Shown piece by piece: positions 1 to 9,501 of a stretch of DNA of 32,000 bases (its first letter is position 1; each line of letters starts with the position of its first letter). The notes beneath the pieces are model-generated. The model did no database searches. It saw only the letters and a list, made by a program, of their open reading frames with translations, and was not told the DNA's origin. The DNA lies in the NCBI RefSeq assembly GCF_000829235.1, contig NZ_AP012549.1:2760001-2792000 (forward strand), given 5' to 3'. The stretch is from a cyanobacterium endosymbiont of Epithemia turgida isolate EtSB Lake Yunoko. Lineage in GTDB: Bacteria > Cyanobacteriota > Cyanobacteriia > Cyanobacteriales > Microcystaceae. The translations under genes and the position numbers were made by a program.

Positions 1-404
1 CTCGAACGGTTATTCTACTAGAAGGGAATTTAGGAGTAGGAAAAACTACTTTGGTGAAAGGAATTGGGAAGGGGTTGAACATAAGAGAACTGATTGTTAG
101 TCCTACATTCACCCTCATTAACGAATACACTCGAGGACGGTTACGATTGTATCATTTAGACTTATATCGTCTAGAACCTCAAGAAGTTGAGAAGTTATAT
201 CCCGAACTGTATTGGGAATATCAAGAAGTTCCTCCAGGAATTACCGCAATTGAATGGGCGCAACGACTTCCTTATCAACCGTCAGATTATTTAGAGATTC
301 AGTTAATAAACTCACCTAAACTAGTCCGTCAAGCTATTCTCAAGGAGGTTGGGAATCTCTCTTTAAAAGCTAGTTTTTGGGGCAGCTTAGGGCAATTGAT
401 ATAA
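1..404 (+). CDS. tsaE: t6A tRNA modification ATPase TsaE/YjeE, 5'-truncated by the window edge
   Basis: Frame 3 is open from nt 3 and reads RTVILLEGNLGVGKTTLVKGIGKGL. This P-loop lies upstream of the ORF-track TTG at 51, so the gene starts before the window. It continues with SPTFTLINEY, HLDLYRL and IEW blocks typical of TsaE. Stop at 402-404. Confidence 0.85.
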   Translation, partial: RTVILLEGNLGVGKTTLVKGIGKGLNIRELIVSPTFTLINEYTRGRLRLYHLDLYRLEPQEVEKLYPELYWEYQEVPPGITAIEWAQRLPYQPSDYLEIQLINSPKLVRQAILKEVGNLSLKASFWGSLGQLI

Positions 405-438
405 GATAAAACCCGAGGAAAAAATAAATGAGGTATCA

Positions 439-485
439 GGGTAATCAACGATAGTGCTCAACGGATGTTGACCCGCCCTTTTTTC
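439..485 (+). terminator. Candidate intrinsic terminator downstream of tsaE
   Basis: Imperfect stem GGGTAATCAAC (439-449) pairs with GTTGACCC (467-474). It is followed by GCCC and a T6 run (479-484). The stem has a bulge, so this is tentative. Confidence 0.35.
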
Positions 486-528
486 TTTAGCTTATTCTAA
501 AGATTTTTTACATGTTGTTTAAATTAAA

Positions 529-642
529 TTAATCAAGACTAATATTACCGCGTTTGTATTGTAAATAAGCCGCAACAAATAAACCGGCTAAAGTGATGGG
601 GATTAATCCTAAAACAATACCTAACAGTAAGGGTTCAATCAC
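529..642 (-). CDS. petG: Cytochrome b6-f complex subunit 5 (PetG), 37 aa
   Basis: Below the ORF-track length cutoff. Minus-strand GTG at 642 has AAGGAG 7 nt upstream. It translates to (M)[36 protein letters not shown], matching the recalled PetG consensus ([30 protein letters not shown]). Confidence 0.9.
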   Translation of the reverse strand: MIEPLLLGIVLGLIPITLAGLFVAAYLQYKRGNISLD

Positions 643-823
643 AGTGTTTCTCCTTAATCAGACTTAATAGATCGTTCCCCATTGTACTGGCAATTGAACA
701 ATCATAAAACCAGACATAGACAATTATTTAAACTTCTAGACCCCCTGACGTGTAATCACTAAGAGTGTTAAAGTAAAGAACATGTAACCCTGAAAAACAG
801 GCAACCCCCTTTTTGGAGTTCTA

Positions 824-1147
824 ATGGCATTTAATTTTGATTTTTTCGCTTCTGAACAAGGAGAACAAGACGCTAACGCTCTCATTCAATACTTACGACA
901 ACAGCACCCCGAGGCATTAGCTCGTATAGCTCAATCTGCTAGCCCCGAAATCAGGCAGATCATCACCCAAAACGTACAGGGACTAGTGGGAATGCTTCCA
1001 TCTGAGGATTTTAACATTCAAGTAACAACAGATAGGGAAAATTTGGCTAATCTTTTAGCTTCTGCTATGATGACGGGCTATTTTTTAGGACAGATGGAAC
1101 AACGAAAAAACCTAGAAGCTAACTTATCTAATACAGACTCTTTGTAG
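824..1147 (+). CDS. DUF760-family protein (conserved in cyanobacteria and plastids, function unknown)
   Basis: ATG with a GGAG-like site upstream (ttttGGAGttctaATG). The C-terminal block LANLLASAMMTGYFLGQMEQRKNLE resembles the DUF760 signature (MMTGYFLRNAExR) as I recall it. Confidence 0.7.
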   Translation: MAFNFDFFASEQGEQDANALIQYLRQQHPEALARIAQSASPEIRQIITQNVQGLVGMLPSEDFNIQVTTDRENLANLLASAMMTGYFLGQMEQRKNLEANLSNTDSL

Positions 1148-1219
1148 TCGAATATTTAAACAGTGGACAGTCAACAGACATAAGTTTTTTAAACAGATGA
1201 CTGCTGACTGATAGCTTAT

Positions 1220-1315
1220 CTATCCTCCTTTTGCAAAACTTCCCATCACTAAGGCAGATAATAAAATTCCAGGGAACAATAAGGCAAACAGTAAAGCAAG
1301 TTGACTAATTGTCAT
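1220..1315 (-). CDS. Possible 31-aa single-helix hydrophobic peptide (hypothetical)
   Basis: Not in the ORF track. ATG at 1315 has GAGGA 8 nt upstream. It translates to MTISQLALLFALLFPGILLSALVMGSFAKGG*. It is co-oriented with pxcA and 225 nt downstream of it. Only a loose, memory-based resemblance to PsaM-type peptides (M-x-I-S ... ALL-P-G/A). Not confirmed. Confidence 0.3.
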   Translation of the reverse strand: MTISQLALLFALLFPGILLSALVMGSFAKGG

Positions 1316-1540
1316 TGTTGTTTTCCTCTGATTTAACGTATTGTTCTGTTAATCTAGCCTATTTTTTTAGTAATTTTTGCCTGTTAATTATATTTTAAGC
1401 TCGACTTTGATTAAGTTACCCATCGATTGTAATAATACTATGTTTTATTAGTTTTGCCAGTGAAAATATTCTATTTTTAGTTTGGTTTAGATTATCATTT
1501 AAAAAACTATTTCTATGATAAAAACATGGAAAGATTGCTT

Positions 1541-2899
1541 TTACTCATTCATGTTTTTATAAGTCGCCACCGCAGAAGGTGATATACGATTAAGATAACG
1601 AAAGATCCAATATTTCAAAACTGTATCTAAGATTACGGGAAAGGTCGCGATAAATAGAAAATTAAACTCTTGATTTTCTGGGAGTCCAAAGTGACGAGAA
1701 ACTCCTTGTAAAATTACCTCCCATCCGTGGGGAGAGTGAAACCCCACAAACATATCGGTAAAGAGAATAATCAAAAAAGCTTTAGCTGGATCACTTAACC
1801 CATAAAGGATTTCATCAAGAAAGGATCTAACCACTTCTATTTCTTTTTTACTAGTTACTATGACTACAAAGAAAGAAACAAAAGAGAAAATATCTGCGAA
1901 AATATTGGCAATAGAATCAACTCCCTGATGTCGATATTCATCAGTTATTTCTTCGGCTTTATGTTTAATTTTCTCCCTAATTTTTTCGGGAGAAAATTCT
2001 GGTCCTAATCCAATCAGTACTCTAAATCTTAAAGTTTCTTCATAATGTTGTAATTCATTTAACGCTTCTTCCTCTAAATCTCTATTAATGAAAATGACTT
2101 GTTGATGGCTTGTAAAATATCTCTCAACAATAGGTGTCAAAAAAAAAGTTTTAGTTAATTGATGGGTAAGTAAAGGAACAATAATCAACAACAAAATAAA
2201 CTTAATTGATAAAGCAGTTCGGTAGCGAGATTTACGGTATTTAACTAAAACCTCTTCTTCAGTTTCTCCAGATTTAGGATCAATTTCCTGTTTAATTCGG
2301 TTGAGGGTATTAATAAAAGATCTCGGAAGTACCCCAATCTTTTTCGAAGCAGAGGCTAAGTTAGAATTATCATTATTTTTTTTCTGGCTAACGGAAGTAT
2401 TTCTAAATTTACTAAAGTTTTCATTATTGGTAGAACTTAACTGATTTGGATTTATTTTTTCTCCAGGAGCTACTGTTTTATTTTCAACCTCTACTTCTGG
2501 ATTAATATTAGGAGTTTGATAGTGATTTGTTACCTCATCAATAAACTCAAGCTTGTCAAAAATGACAGAAGTGTTTGTCTCTTGATCCTGATAATCTCGT
2601 TGATCTCTTAAATGGAGTTGTTTATCTTGCAAATCAGATATTTTTAAAAAAAAACGACTAGCTTTAAAAAAAGCTAATCCCGTGTTTATTTTTTGTAAAT
2701 AGCCATTAACTTCTGTTTCAAAATAAGTAATAATGCTTGTTCCATAGTTAGAATTTTCGACAGATACTTTTTTTCCTCCAAAATGTTTGTTTTCAATCTC
2801 TTTGATTTTCAAAGCGGATTTATAGGCGCTACTTAATGATTTTTCAGGGATTGCGAAGAACCAATCTGAGGTATTTTGAATGAAGGATTTAAGTTTCAT
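1541..2899 (-). CDS. pxcA: Proton extrusion protein PxcA (CemA/Ycf10 homologue)
   Basis: The C-terminal membrane domain FTDMFVGFHSPHGWEVILQGVSRHFGLPENQEFNFLFIATFPVILDTVLKYWIFRYLNRISPSAVATYKNMNE is the CemA/PxcA signature. The long N-terminal region has Asn/Ser-rich low complexity. Confidence 0.9.
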   Translation of the reverse strand: MKLKSFIQNTSDWFFAIPEKSLSSAYKSALKIKEIENKHFGGKKVSVENSNYGTSIITYFETEVNGYLQKINTGLAFFKASRFFLKISDLQDKQLHLRDQRDYQDQETNTSVIFDKLEFIDEVTNHYQTPNINPEVEVENKTVAPGEKINPNQLSSTNNENFSKFRNTSVSQKKNNDNSNLASASKKIGVLPRSFINTLNRIKQEIDPKSGETEEEVLVKYRKSRYRTALSIKFILLLIIVPLLTHQLTKTFFLTPIVERYFTSHQQVIFINRDLEEEALNELQHYEETLRFRVLIGLGPEFSPEKIREKIKHKAEEITDEYRHQGVDSIANIFADIFSFVSFFVVIVTSKKEIEVVRSFLDEILYGLSDPAKAFLIILFTDMFVGFHSPHGWEVILQGVSRHFGLPENQEFNFLFIATFPVILDTVLKYWIFRYLNRISPSAVATYKNMNE

Positions 2900-2973
2900 G
2901 GGAATAGGAACTTGCAGTCTTAAAATAAGGAGATTGTATATGTCATGTTAACAAATTGAATCAAGGAGTCTGT

Positions 2974-5118
2974 GTGAATAGTCAACCTCTTTGGATTGAA
3001 GGAACAACCCGCAGTGGGAAAACAACTCATCTTGTTAAGGAATTTTGTCATTGGCTCAAGCAAAAACATCATTCCCTTCAAACAATTTCGGTTCCTGATT
3101 TCGTTCCTCAAAATTTAGCGTCTTCGCTCTTAATTTTGTCAGCAAACAGTGACAATTCCCGAAAACTTGCCGACAGACTTTCTTTATCTATTCAGGGCAG
3201 TTACCCTATTATCTGTAAAACTCCTCTAGGATTTATTACCAAGGAGGTCACCCTTTTTTGGCCACTTCTATTTAAAGAATTAACCTTAAAAGCTCAATTT
3301 CCCTTACTATTACGTCCAGAAACAGAACAGGAATTAGCTCTTCAGCTATGGCGGTCACATTTAGAGCTACCTAAGGTTCGACTAACCAGAACCAGTGAGT
3401 CTCGCTTTGTCCGTCAAACCTTAGATTTACTACAGCTTACAGGGGCTAGTGGTATTCCAATCGAAGATATCCCCTACATTTTAAGACAGGGTCTACCTGA
3501 AGGCGATCACTATAATGATTCCTTAAATAACCCGGAACTTTCTTTAGAATCAGATTGGAAATTGAGAGAAAAGTTGATTTCAAAATGGCAGAATTGGTGT
3601 TTGGATAAAGGTTTACTTACCTATGGATTAGTTTATACTCTTTATTGGCGATATCTTCTCCCTAACCCCAGGTATCAACAACATTTGATTAATCGCTACC
3701 AAGGTGTTTTTGCCGATGATGTTGATGATTATCCGGCAATAACTAAAAATTTATTCGACTTTCTCCTTGAAAATAGAGTATTTGGGGTGTTCACATACAA
3801 TTACGATGGACAAGTTCGTCTAGGACTTGACGCTGATCCTCAATATTTATCTAAATTAGCCTCTCGCTGCCGGGTAGAAGTGTTACCTTCTCCTTCAGGA
3901 CTAGCTGTGGACTGTGGAAAACTCTTAGTGAAATTAGCCACTGATCCCTCAGAAATCAGTAATTTGCCTGGGTATATTTCATCAATTAAAACTATCTCCC
4001 GTGCGGACTTATTACGTAAAACTGCACAACTGATTATTGAAGCAATTAAAGTTGACCGAGTTATTCCGGAAGACATCGCTATTATAGCCCCGGGATTAGA
4101 TGAAATTGCTCGTTATACTCTTATTTCAATTGTTTCAAACGCAGGAATACCTATTAAACCCCTAAATGAACAAAGATCTTTAATTAGTTATTCGATAGTC
4201 CGTGCTTTATTATCTTTATTGGGGTTGGTATATCCAGGGTTAGGAAGACTGATTTTGACTGATGATGTCGCTCAAATGTTAACGGTATTGAGTCAACAAA
4301 CCATAGATGGAACTCAAACTTTAGTTCCGGCGATCGATCCAGTCAGGGCGGGCTTAATTGCCGATTACTGCTACCATATTGATCCGGAATGCCCCAAATT
4401 ATTATCTATTGAAACTTTTTCTCGTTGGGATCGTCTGGGACATCTTGCTACCAAAGCTTATCAAGTAATTTGTCAATGGATCACCGATAGTCAAACTCTG
4501 TTACAAAAGAAACCATTAACTACTCCAGTAACTATCTTAGATTGGGCAATTAAACACTTTGTGATGATCAGGAGTCACATGCCTTACGATCAAATTGCAG
4601 CATTACGGAAATTAATGGAAACTGCCCAACATTTTTGGGAAGTTGAGCACCGTTTACATCAATATAATGCCACACCTTCACCGCACCAGGAAACCCTGAT
4701 TAAGTTTATTCAATTGTTGCGTCGTGGAACAATCACAGCCAATCCTCAACCCGTTCGTTATTTGGGTAAAACACCTGGTTTTGTCACATTGGCAACGATT
4801 TTTCAATACCGTTCATTACGTAATTCCCACCGTTGGCAATTTTGGCTAGACGCGTCTTCAATTTTATGGGAGAAAGGGGGAGCATCAGTGTTGTTTGGTG
4901 CACCTTTATTTGCACGAGAATGTCCAAGAAGAATGTTGACTCCTGAAGATGAATTTAAAGCTGATAAAGCCCGTTTAGAAAGGATTTTAAGGGATTTGTT
5001 GGGACGTGTTAAAGAAAAAATTATTTTATGTCACAGTGATCTCAGCATAAAAGGAACCGAACAAACTGGCCCTTTATTAACTTTGGTTAATAGTTCTTTA
5101 GAGTTTATCAGGGAGTAG
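2974..5118 (+). CDS. P-loop NTPase with degenerate UvrD/AddB-like helicase motifs (conserved cyanobacterial protein, function unknown)
   Basis: Walker A is GTTRSGKTT (LWIEGTTRSGKTTHLV). A motif-II-like block VFADDVDDYP sits where UvrD-type helicases have DEFQD. The track starts at TTG 2956, but in-frame GTG 2974 has AAGGAG 5 nt upstream and is the more likely start. Divergent from pxcA. Confidence 0.6.
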   Translation: MNSQPLWIEGTTRSGKTTHLVKEFCHWLKQKHHSLQTISVPDFVPQNLASSLLILSANSDNSRKLADRLSLSIQGSYPIICKTPLGFITKEVTLFWPLLFKELTLKAQFPLLLRPETEQELALQLWRSHLELPKVRLTRTSESRFVRQTLDLLQLTGASGIPIEDIPYILRQGLPEGDHYNDSLNNPELSLESDWKLREKLISKWQNWCLDKGLLTYGLVYTLYWRYLLPNPRYQQHLINRYQGVFADDVDDYPAITKNLFDFLLENRVFGVFTYNYDGQVRLGLDADPQYLSKLASRCRVEVLPSPSGLAVDCGKLLVKLATDPSEISNLPGYISSIKTISRADLLRKTAQLIIEAIKVDRVIPEDIAIIAPGLDEIARYTLISIVSNAGIPIKPLNEQRSLISYSIVRALLSLLGLVYPGLGRLILTDDVAQMLTVLSQQTIDGTQTLVPAIDPVRAGLIADYCYHIDPECPKLLSIETFSRWDRLGHLATKAYQVICQWITDSQTLLQKKPLTTPVTILDWAIKHFVMIRSHMPYDQIAALRKLMETAQHFWEVEHRLHQYNATPSPHQETLIKFIQLLRRGTITANPQPVRYLGKTPGFVTLATIFQYRSLRNSHRWQFWLDASSILWEKGGASVLFGAPLFARECPRRMLTPEDEFKADKARLERILRDLLGRVKEKIILCHSDLSIKGTEQTGPLLTLVNSSLEFIRE

Positions 5119-7013
5119 TTAAGGAGCGAAGAGAAGAGACAAAAGAAATAGGGAGGGCAATGTCGACTACCATAATTGTTAGAAGTTGCAACCCTTTTAA
5201 TTATTTAGTTGCCATTTAGGATTTCGTAATTAACTAAAATTGTTTTGTTCTTTCTCAGACCTAAGATAATCAAAAGAATACTACGCTCAACTATGTATGC
5301 TGGAGGAAACCTTTTATCAAAAAGTAGAAATTTACATAATACTGAACCAGATTGCTATACTATCCTCAAAAAAATAACGATCTAGGAAAACCTCTTCTAT
5401 TTTATGGATTGTTTTAAAATATTCATTAACTTAAGGTGCATCTACTAACGTATACATTTTTTTTACAGGCTCTAATTATATAGAATAATATGGAAAATAT
5501 TTCCTAATAATTACTTTTAAAAACTTACTTTTTTCTATATAATTATCTGCTATCACTATTCTATTTAATTCTTGTAAGTACTTTTTAGAAAAAAGTTTTT
5601 TTGCTAAAAATTTATATAATTAATTTAACTATTTTGTATTTTTTTATAAAATAAAATTATATAATTTGGGGTTAATTAGTAGGTTGACAAATTTATATAT
5701 ATATGACCATTTGTAGCTTCAGCTTACCATAACAGTTGCTCTTTCTTACATGATACTTCAAGCTTGTATTATGAACTTTAATCTTACTCTATTTACATTA
5801 AACAAGCATATATATGCTTCGACTTGTGGATATCTTTTTTATAAATATCAACTTTTAAAAGTCAATATTTCTTATTGAATAAACGCGCATTTTCTAAGTT
5901 TTAGTCTCAGACTCTAACAATAATATATGAGGGGGTTTTAAAAAAATATTTTCTTATTGAGTCCCAATTGTCTTTAATATAATTTAATTTTTCTATCCAA
6001 CAATATCCTCTCAATTCTTTCCACATTTATCCATCTACATAGTCTTAATTCTAACTAGAATACTAATTTTAAACTAGTTTAAAAATCAATAAATATTTTT
6101 ATATTATTCTTTATTTTAAAATTTTATTTCTTAGATTTGTAACCCCTTCTTTTTGGTGTTTATGAGATTTATTAAAAATATCCTTGATATAAAAAAATAT
6201 CTCATTACAGAGAATGCACTCTGTTTAAGTGTTAATTCCTAAAATTTTTGCAAAAATGGATATTATTTTTTAGTTTAGGTAAATTAAGATTTGGAGGTGA
6301 CTAAGCTTTTATAGACATTGTTTTTATCTAGATTATTCCTTTATTATATTGTAATTAAACTACTAAATTTAGTTAATTTACTTTTTTATTTTCTGTCTTT
6401 TTTATTGACCTACTCTCTTTCAATATAATTGGTAATTTCTTTACTTTTTATTGCCTGATATTCAAACATAAATATTATGCTATTGTTCTGATTATACATA
6501 TAACTTTATAGTTGTATTTTAACTTGTATAGTTATTAACTCTATAATTCTACTATTTTTTTAGCTATACTAATTACTATCTAAATCCTCGCTTATTTAAA
6601 ACGATACTTTCTCTTCTGTACGGATTTAAAATCATCTGCTTAACTACCAATTTATTATACCCAGTCTAAACCCTAAGCTAAAATAGACTGCTTATAAATT
6701 ATATAATAAGATAACTAGAGGGTATGTAAAGGTAATATGATACTTATATATTTTAAAAGTTCAATAAAATTCAAAAACAATTTTTTAAAAAAATCTAGTA
6801 ATGAGGATATCGTCAATTTTAATAAAAATAACTTACTACCTATTCAATAATTTTAAAAATAAATTTATTGATTCAACTTTTATTGAAGTGATGCATTATC
6901 TTTTAAGACTAAGCGAGAAGCTTCAACAATTTTTTCGATTCAAGAGAAAGATTTGAGACTACAATAACCAATGTGAGATAGAGACGGTGGCTTAACTCTA
7001 GGAAGTAATATTT
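5119..7013. other. 1.9-kb ORF-free, extremely AT-rich spacer (probable decayed DNA)
   Basis: The supplied six-frame track lists no ORF here. Direct counts give 5 G/C in the 60 nt starting at 6061 and 7 G/C in the 60 nt starting at 5581. The argC line starting at 7021 has 26 G/C in 60 nt. Confidence 0.8.
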
Positions 7014-8072
7014 ATGGATGAATCAGAGAAAATACCAGTCGGAATTATTGGAGCTTCAGGGTACGGTGGTATACAACTGGTGCGGATATTACTAGAACAT
7101 CCAAACATAGATATCGTCTATCTTGGAGGCATTAAAAGTGCAGGAAAACTCTATTGGGATCTTTATCCCCATTTAGTACATCGCGTTGATCTGACTATCG
7201 AACCTATTGACATAGATGTGGTAGCTTCCCGTTGTAAAGTAGTATTTTTGGGACTTCCAAATGGGCTAGCTTGCGAGCTAGCCCCCCAATTACTGGTAAA
7301 AGGTTGTAAAGTCCTAGATCTGTCTGCAGACTATCGTTTTCGTAATTTAGACACCTACACTGCATGGTACAACAAGAATCGCACTGATCACGAAACCGCC
7401 ATGCAATCTGTCTATGGGCTTCCTGAATTGTACCAAGAAGAAATTAAATCTACTTCTTTGGTGGGATGTCCTGGATGTTACCCTACAGCAAGTTTGATGG
7501 CTTTATCTCCTCTCCTCAAACAAGGCTTAATTATTCCTGAGACTGCCATTATTGACGCTAAGTCAGGAACATCAGGGGGAGGCCGGCAAGCTAAAACTCA
7601 TCTCTTACTCGCAGAAGCAGAGGGTTCGTGTATGGCTTACGAAGTGGCTAAACATCGCCACACACCAGAAATAGAACAAATTTGTTCTGATTTAGCCGGA
7701 CATGAAGTTCGGGTTCAGTTTACCCCCCATTTACTTCCTATGGTTCGAGGTATTCTGGCAACGGTTTATGCATCTCTAAGAGATCCTGGGCTAGTTAGAG
7801 ATGATATTCTGACCATTTATAGTGCATTTTACCGTTCTTTCCCCTTCGTAAAAATTCTTCCTCACGGTATTTATCCTCAAACTAAATGGGCCTGGGGAAC
7901 TAATCTTTGTTATATTGGAGTTGAAACAGATCCCCATACTGATCGCGTCATCGTTATGTCTGCTATTGATAACATAGTCAAGGGTCAAGCAGGACAGGCA
8001 GTGCAGTGCTTGAACTTAATGATGGGTTGGGATCAAACCCTAGGACTACCTCAATTGTGTTTTTATCCCTAA
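7014..8072 (+). CDS. argC: N-acetyl-gamma-glutamyl-phosphate reductase
   Basis: N-terminal Rossmann block [11 protein letters not shown]. Active-site block [12 protein letters not shown]-terminal [23 protein letters not shown]. Full-length ArgC pattern. Confidence 0.95.
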   Translation: MDESEKIPVGIIGASGYGGIQLVRILLEHPNIDIVYLGGIKSAGKLYWDLYPHLVHRVDLTIEPIDIDVVASRCKVVFLGLPNGLACELAPQLLVKGCKVLDLSADYRFRNLDTYTAWYNKNRTDHETAMQSVYGLPELYQEEIKSTSLVGCPGCYPTASLMALSPLLKQGLIIPETAIIDAKSGTSGGGRQAKTHLLLAEAEGSCMAYEVAKHRHTPEIEQICSDLAGHEVRVQFTPHLLPMVRGILATVYASLRDPGLVRDDILTIYSAFYRSFPFVKILPHGIYPQTKWAWGTNLCYIGVETDPHTDRVIVMSAIDNIVKGQAGQAVQCLNLMMGWDQTLGLPQLCFYP

Positions 8073-8120
8073 CTAGAAACAAGCAATAGCAACAATTGTA
8101 GTTTTCTATTGACTTTAACA

Positions 8121-8516
8121 ATGTCGATTTTTATTCCAGATTTAGTTGAATATGCTATGTATTCTTGCGAAGAAAGTCCTTTCCTATCAACAATGCTTAT
8201 TGAATGCTACCTTGGGAAATTGGGATGTCCCTCCAACTTTTTAAGGATATAAAGGGGGAATCTTTTGGAAGTCATTCATAGACTTTATTCTTTACAGGAC
8301 TTAGGTATTACTGCTTTATGTTTTAATTCTATTTTTCAGTATGCTAGTAATTATGATTATCACATCCATGATTACTATACAGTTGATACCCTTTTGGGTG
8401 AAAATTAAGCTTTGAAAAACTTATATAAAGGAGTAGATGAACGTAACTTTAAAGTCATCTTAGATGGGGTTGTTAACTGTACCAGTCGGGGCTTTTTCTC
8501 TTTAATTAAATCTTAA
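8121..8516 (+). pseudogene. Glycoside hydrolase family 13 (alpha-amylase/neopullulanase-like) pseudogene, N-terminal remnant
   Basis: One frame from ATG 8121 reads ...RGNLLEVIHRLYSLQDLGITALCFNSIFQYASNYDYHIHDYYTVDTLLGEN*ALKNLYKGVDERNFKVILDGVVNCTSRGFFSL. This parallels GH13 blocks GGDLxGxxxKLDYLQDLGITALYLNPIF, SNHxYDTxDY and KVILDGVFNHTSRGFF. In-frame stops at 8250-8252 and 8406-8408, end at 8514-8516. The region-I His is replaced (NCTS for NHTS). Catalytic regions II-IV are absent downstream. Confidence 0.78.
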
Positions 8517-9501
8517 AAAACGGACCTAATTCTCCTTGTTTAAATTAGTTTAAAATCGTCAGTTGACTATTATCTATTTATAATGGCAATTTATCGGTAA
8601 ATTACCTCTCTTATATTAATTTTAGTTAAAGTGCTTCCTTATTTCATACAATAAAATTTAAACAACTGTCTGTTTTATATCTAGATAATATATTTATTGT
8701 TATTTACAATAATTAAGGAATAACATCGATAAAATCGATTTAATGGAATTTAACATCAATCCAGTGATTGGATTCCATAAAGCAAGAATTGTTTTAGCTG
8801 TAGGTTTGTATTCATAGGCTTCTACTGAAATGTCGTTGGCAGTGATTAAGTAAATATATTTTTTGCCGATGTCTAATATATATTAATATAGTGACAATTT
8901 GATTTAGTATGTTTGTTGTAATACTTAAAAATTTGGTAAAGAAAATATTCAACAGGTTTCCCTTAAGAAAGAAATTACATCTTATATCAAAATAATTTAA
9001 TTGTTTATCACTTTTTTATCTTGACTATTGGATGTCTTTGATCTATATAGTAGAGTCGTTGTAGAGTGTCCAACTAACATAAATGGGGGTAAGCCTTAGC
9101 TTCTACACGGAAGCACCATATTCCACAATGTCTTAGCATTGAAATAGAAGTGTGGTCAGGGCTTGAGACAAAGCTATAGAAGCTGGAATAGAATAAGTAT
9201 AACCAACGCTTGGAAACAGGCTAAGAAATCAAAGGGCGAACCTCGAGTTTAGGACAGTGGGGATACATATCTCTAGATTAGGACAGACAGTCGACAATGC
9301 TAAGAAACCAGAAAAGGGTAGAAGAGTTTTCATAGTAGTTAACAACCTACACATTTACAGCTAGCTGATCAATAGTTTGTAGTTTTAACTTTGGAGGTGT
9401 TTAGATAAGAGTAAATAAAAGATAATTTCTTATCTAGAAAAGACCACTGGAACAGCAAGGGAGCCCCTGCTATCCCCTTAGGTAGCTCGTCGGGAAAAAT
9501 A

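Noticed and set aside
2920-3111. 63-aa minus-strand ORF spanning the pxcA / P-loop gene divergent junction
   Set aside because: It mostly overlaps the well-supported plus-strand P-loop gene in antisense. It has no SD and no recognisable motif, and its composition is typical of a shadow ORF.
3840-4076. 78-aa minus-strand ORF inside the P-loop gene
   Set aside because: Antisense shadow ORF wholly within a longer motif-bearing CDS.
4330-4337. HIP1 (GCGATCGC) content as a lineage marker
   Set aside because: By eye I found no perfect HIP1 in the window. There are only 7/8 variants, for example GCGATCGA at 4330-4337 and GCGATCAC-type sites elsewhere. That could mean erosion under AT pressure. An eye scan of 32 kb is not reliable enough to make a claim, and it needs a computed count.
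5825-6035. Replication origin in the 1.9-kb AT-rich spacer
   Set aside because: Only three imperfect DnaA-box-like 9-mers: TGTGGATAT at 5825-5833, CTTTCCACA at 6017-6025 and TTATCCATC at 6027-6035. There is no dnaA or dnaN nearby and no box cluster. The one perfect TTATCCACA (12121-12129) lies inside crtH and is most simply coincidence.
7791-7988. 65-aa minus-strand ORF inside argC
   Set aside because: Antisense to a complete, motif-verified argC. No independent support.
9040-9500. RNase P RNA, tmRNA, SRP RNA or tRNA in the higher-GC ORF-less island
   Set aside because: I looked on both strands for GAGGAAAGUCCGGGC (RNase P), a tmRNA tRNA-like 3' end and tag ORF, the SRP GGAAGCAGC/GNAR helix and tRNA T-loops. 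None was found. The pairings seen are not nested.
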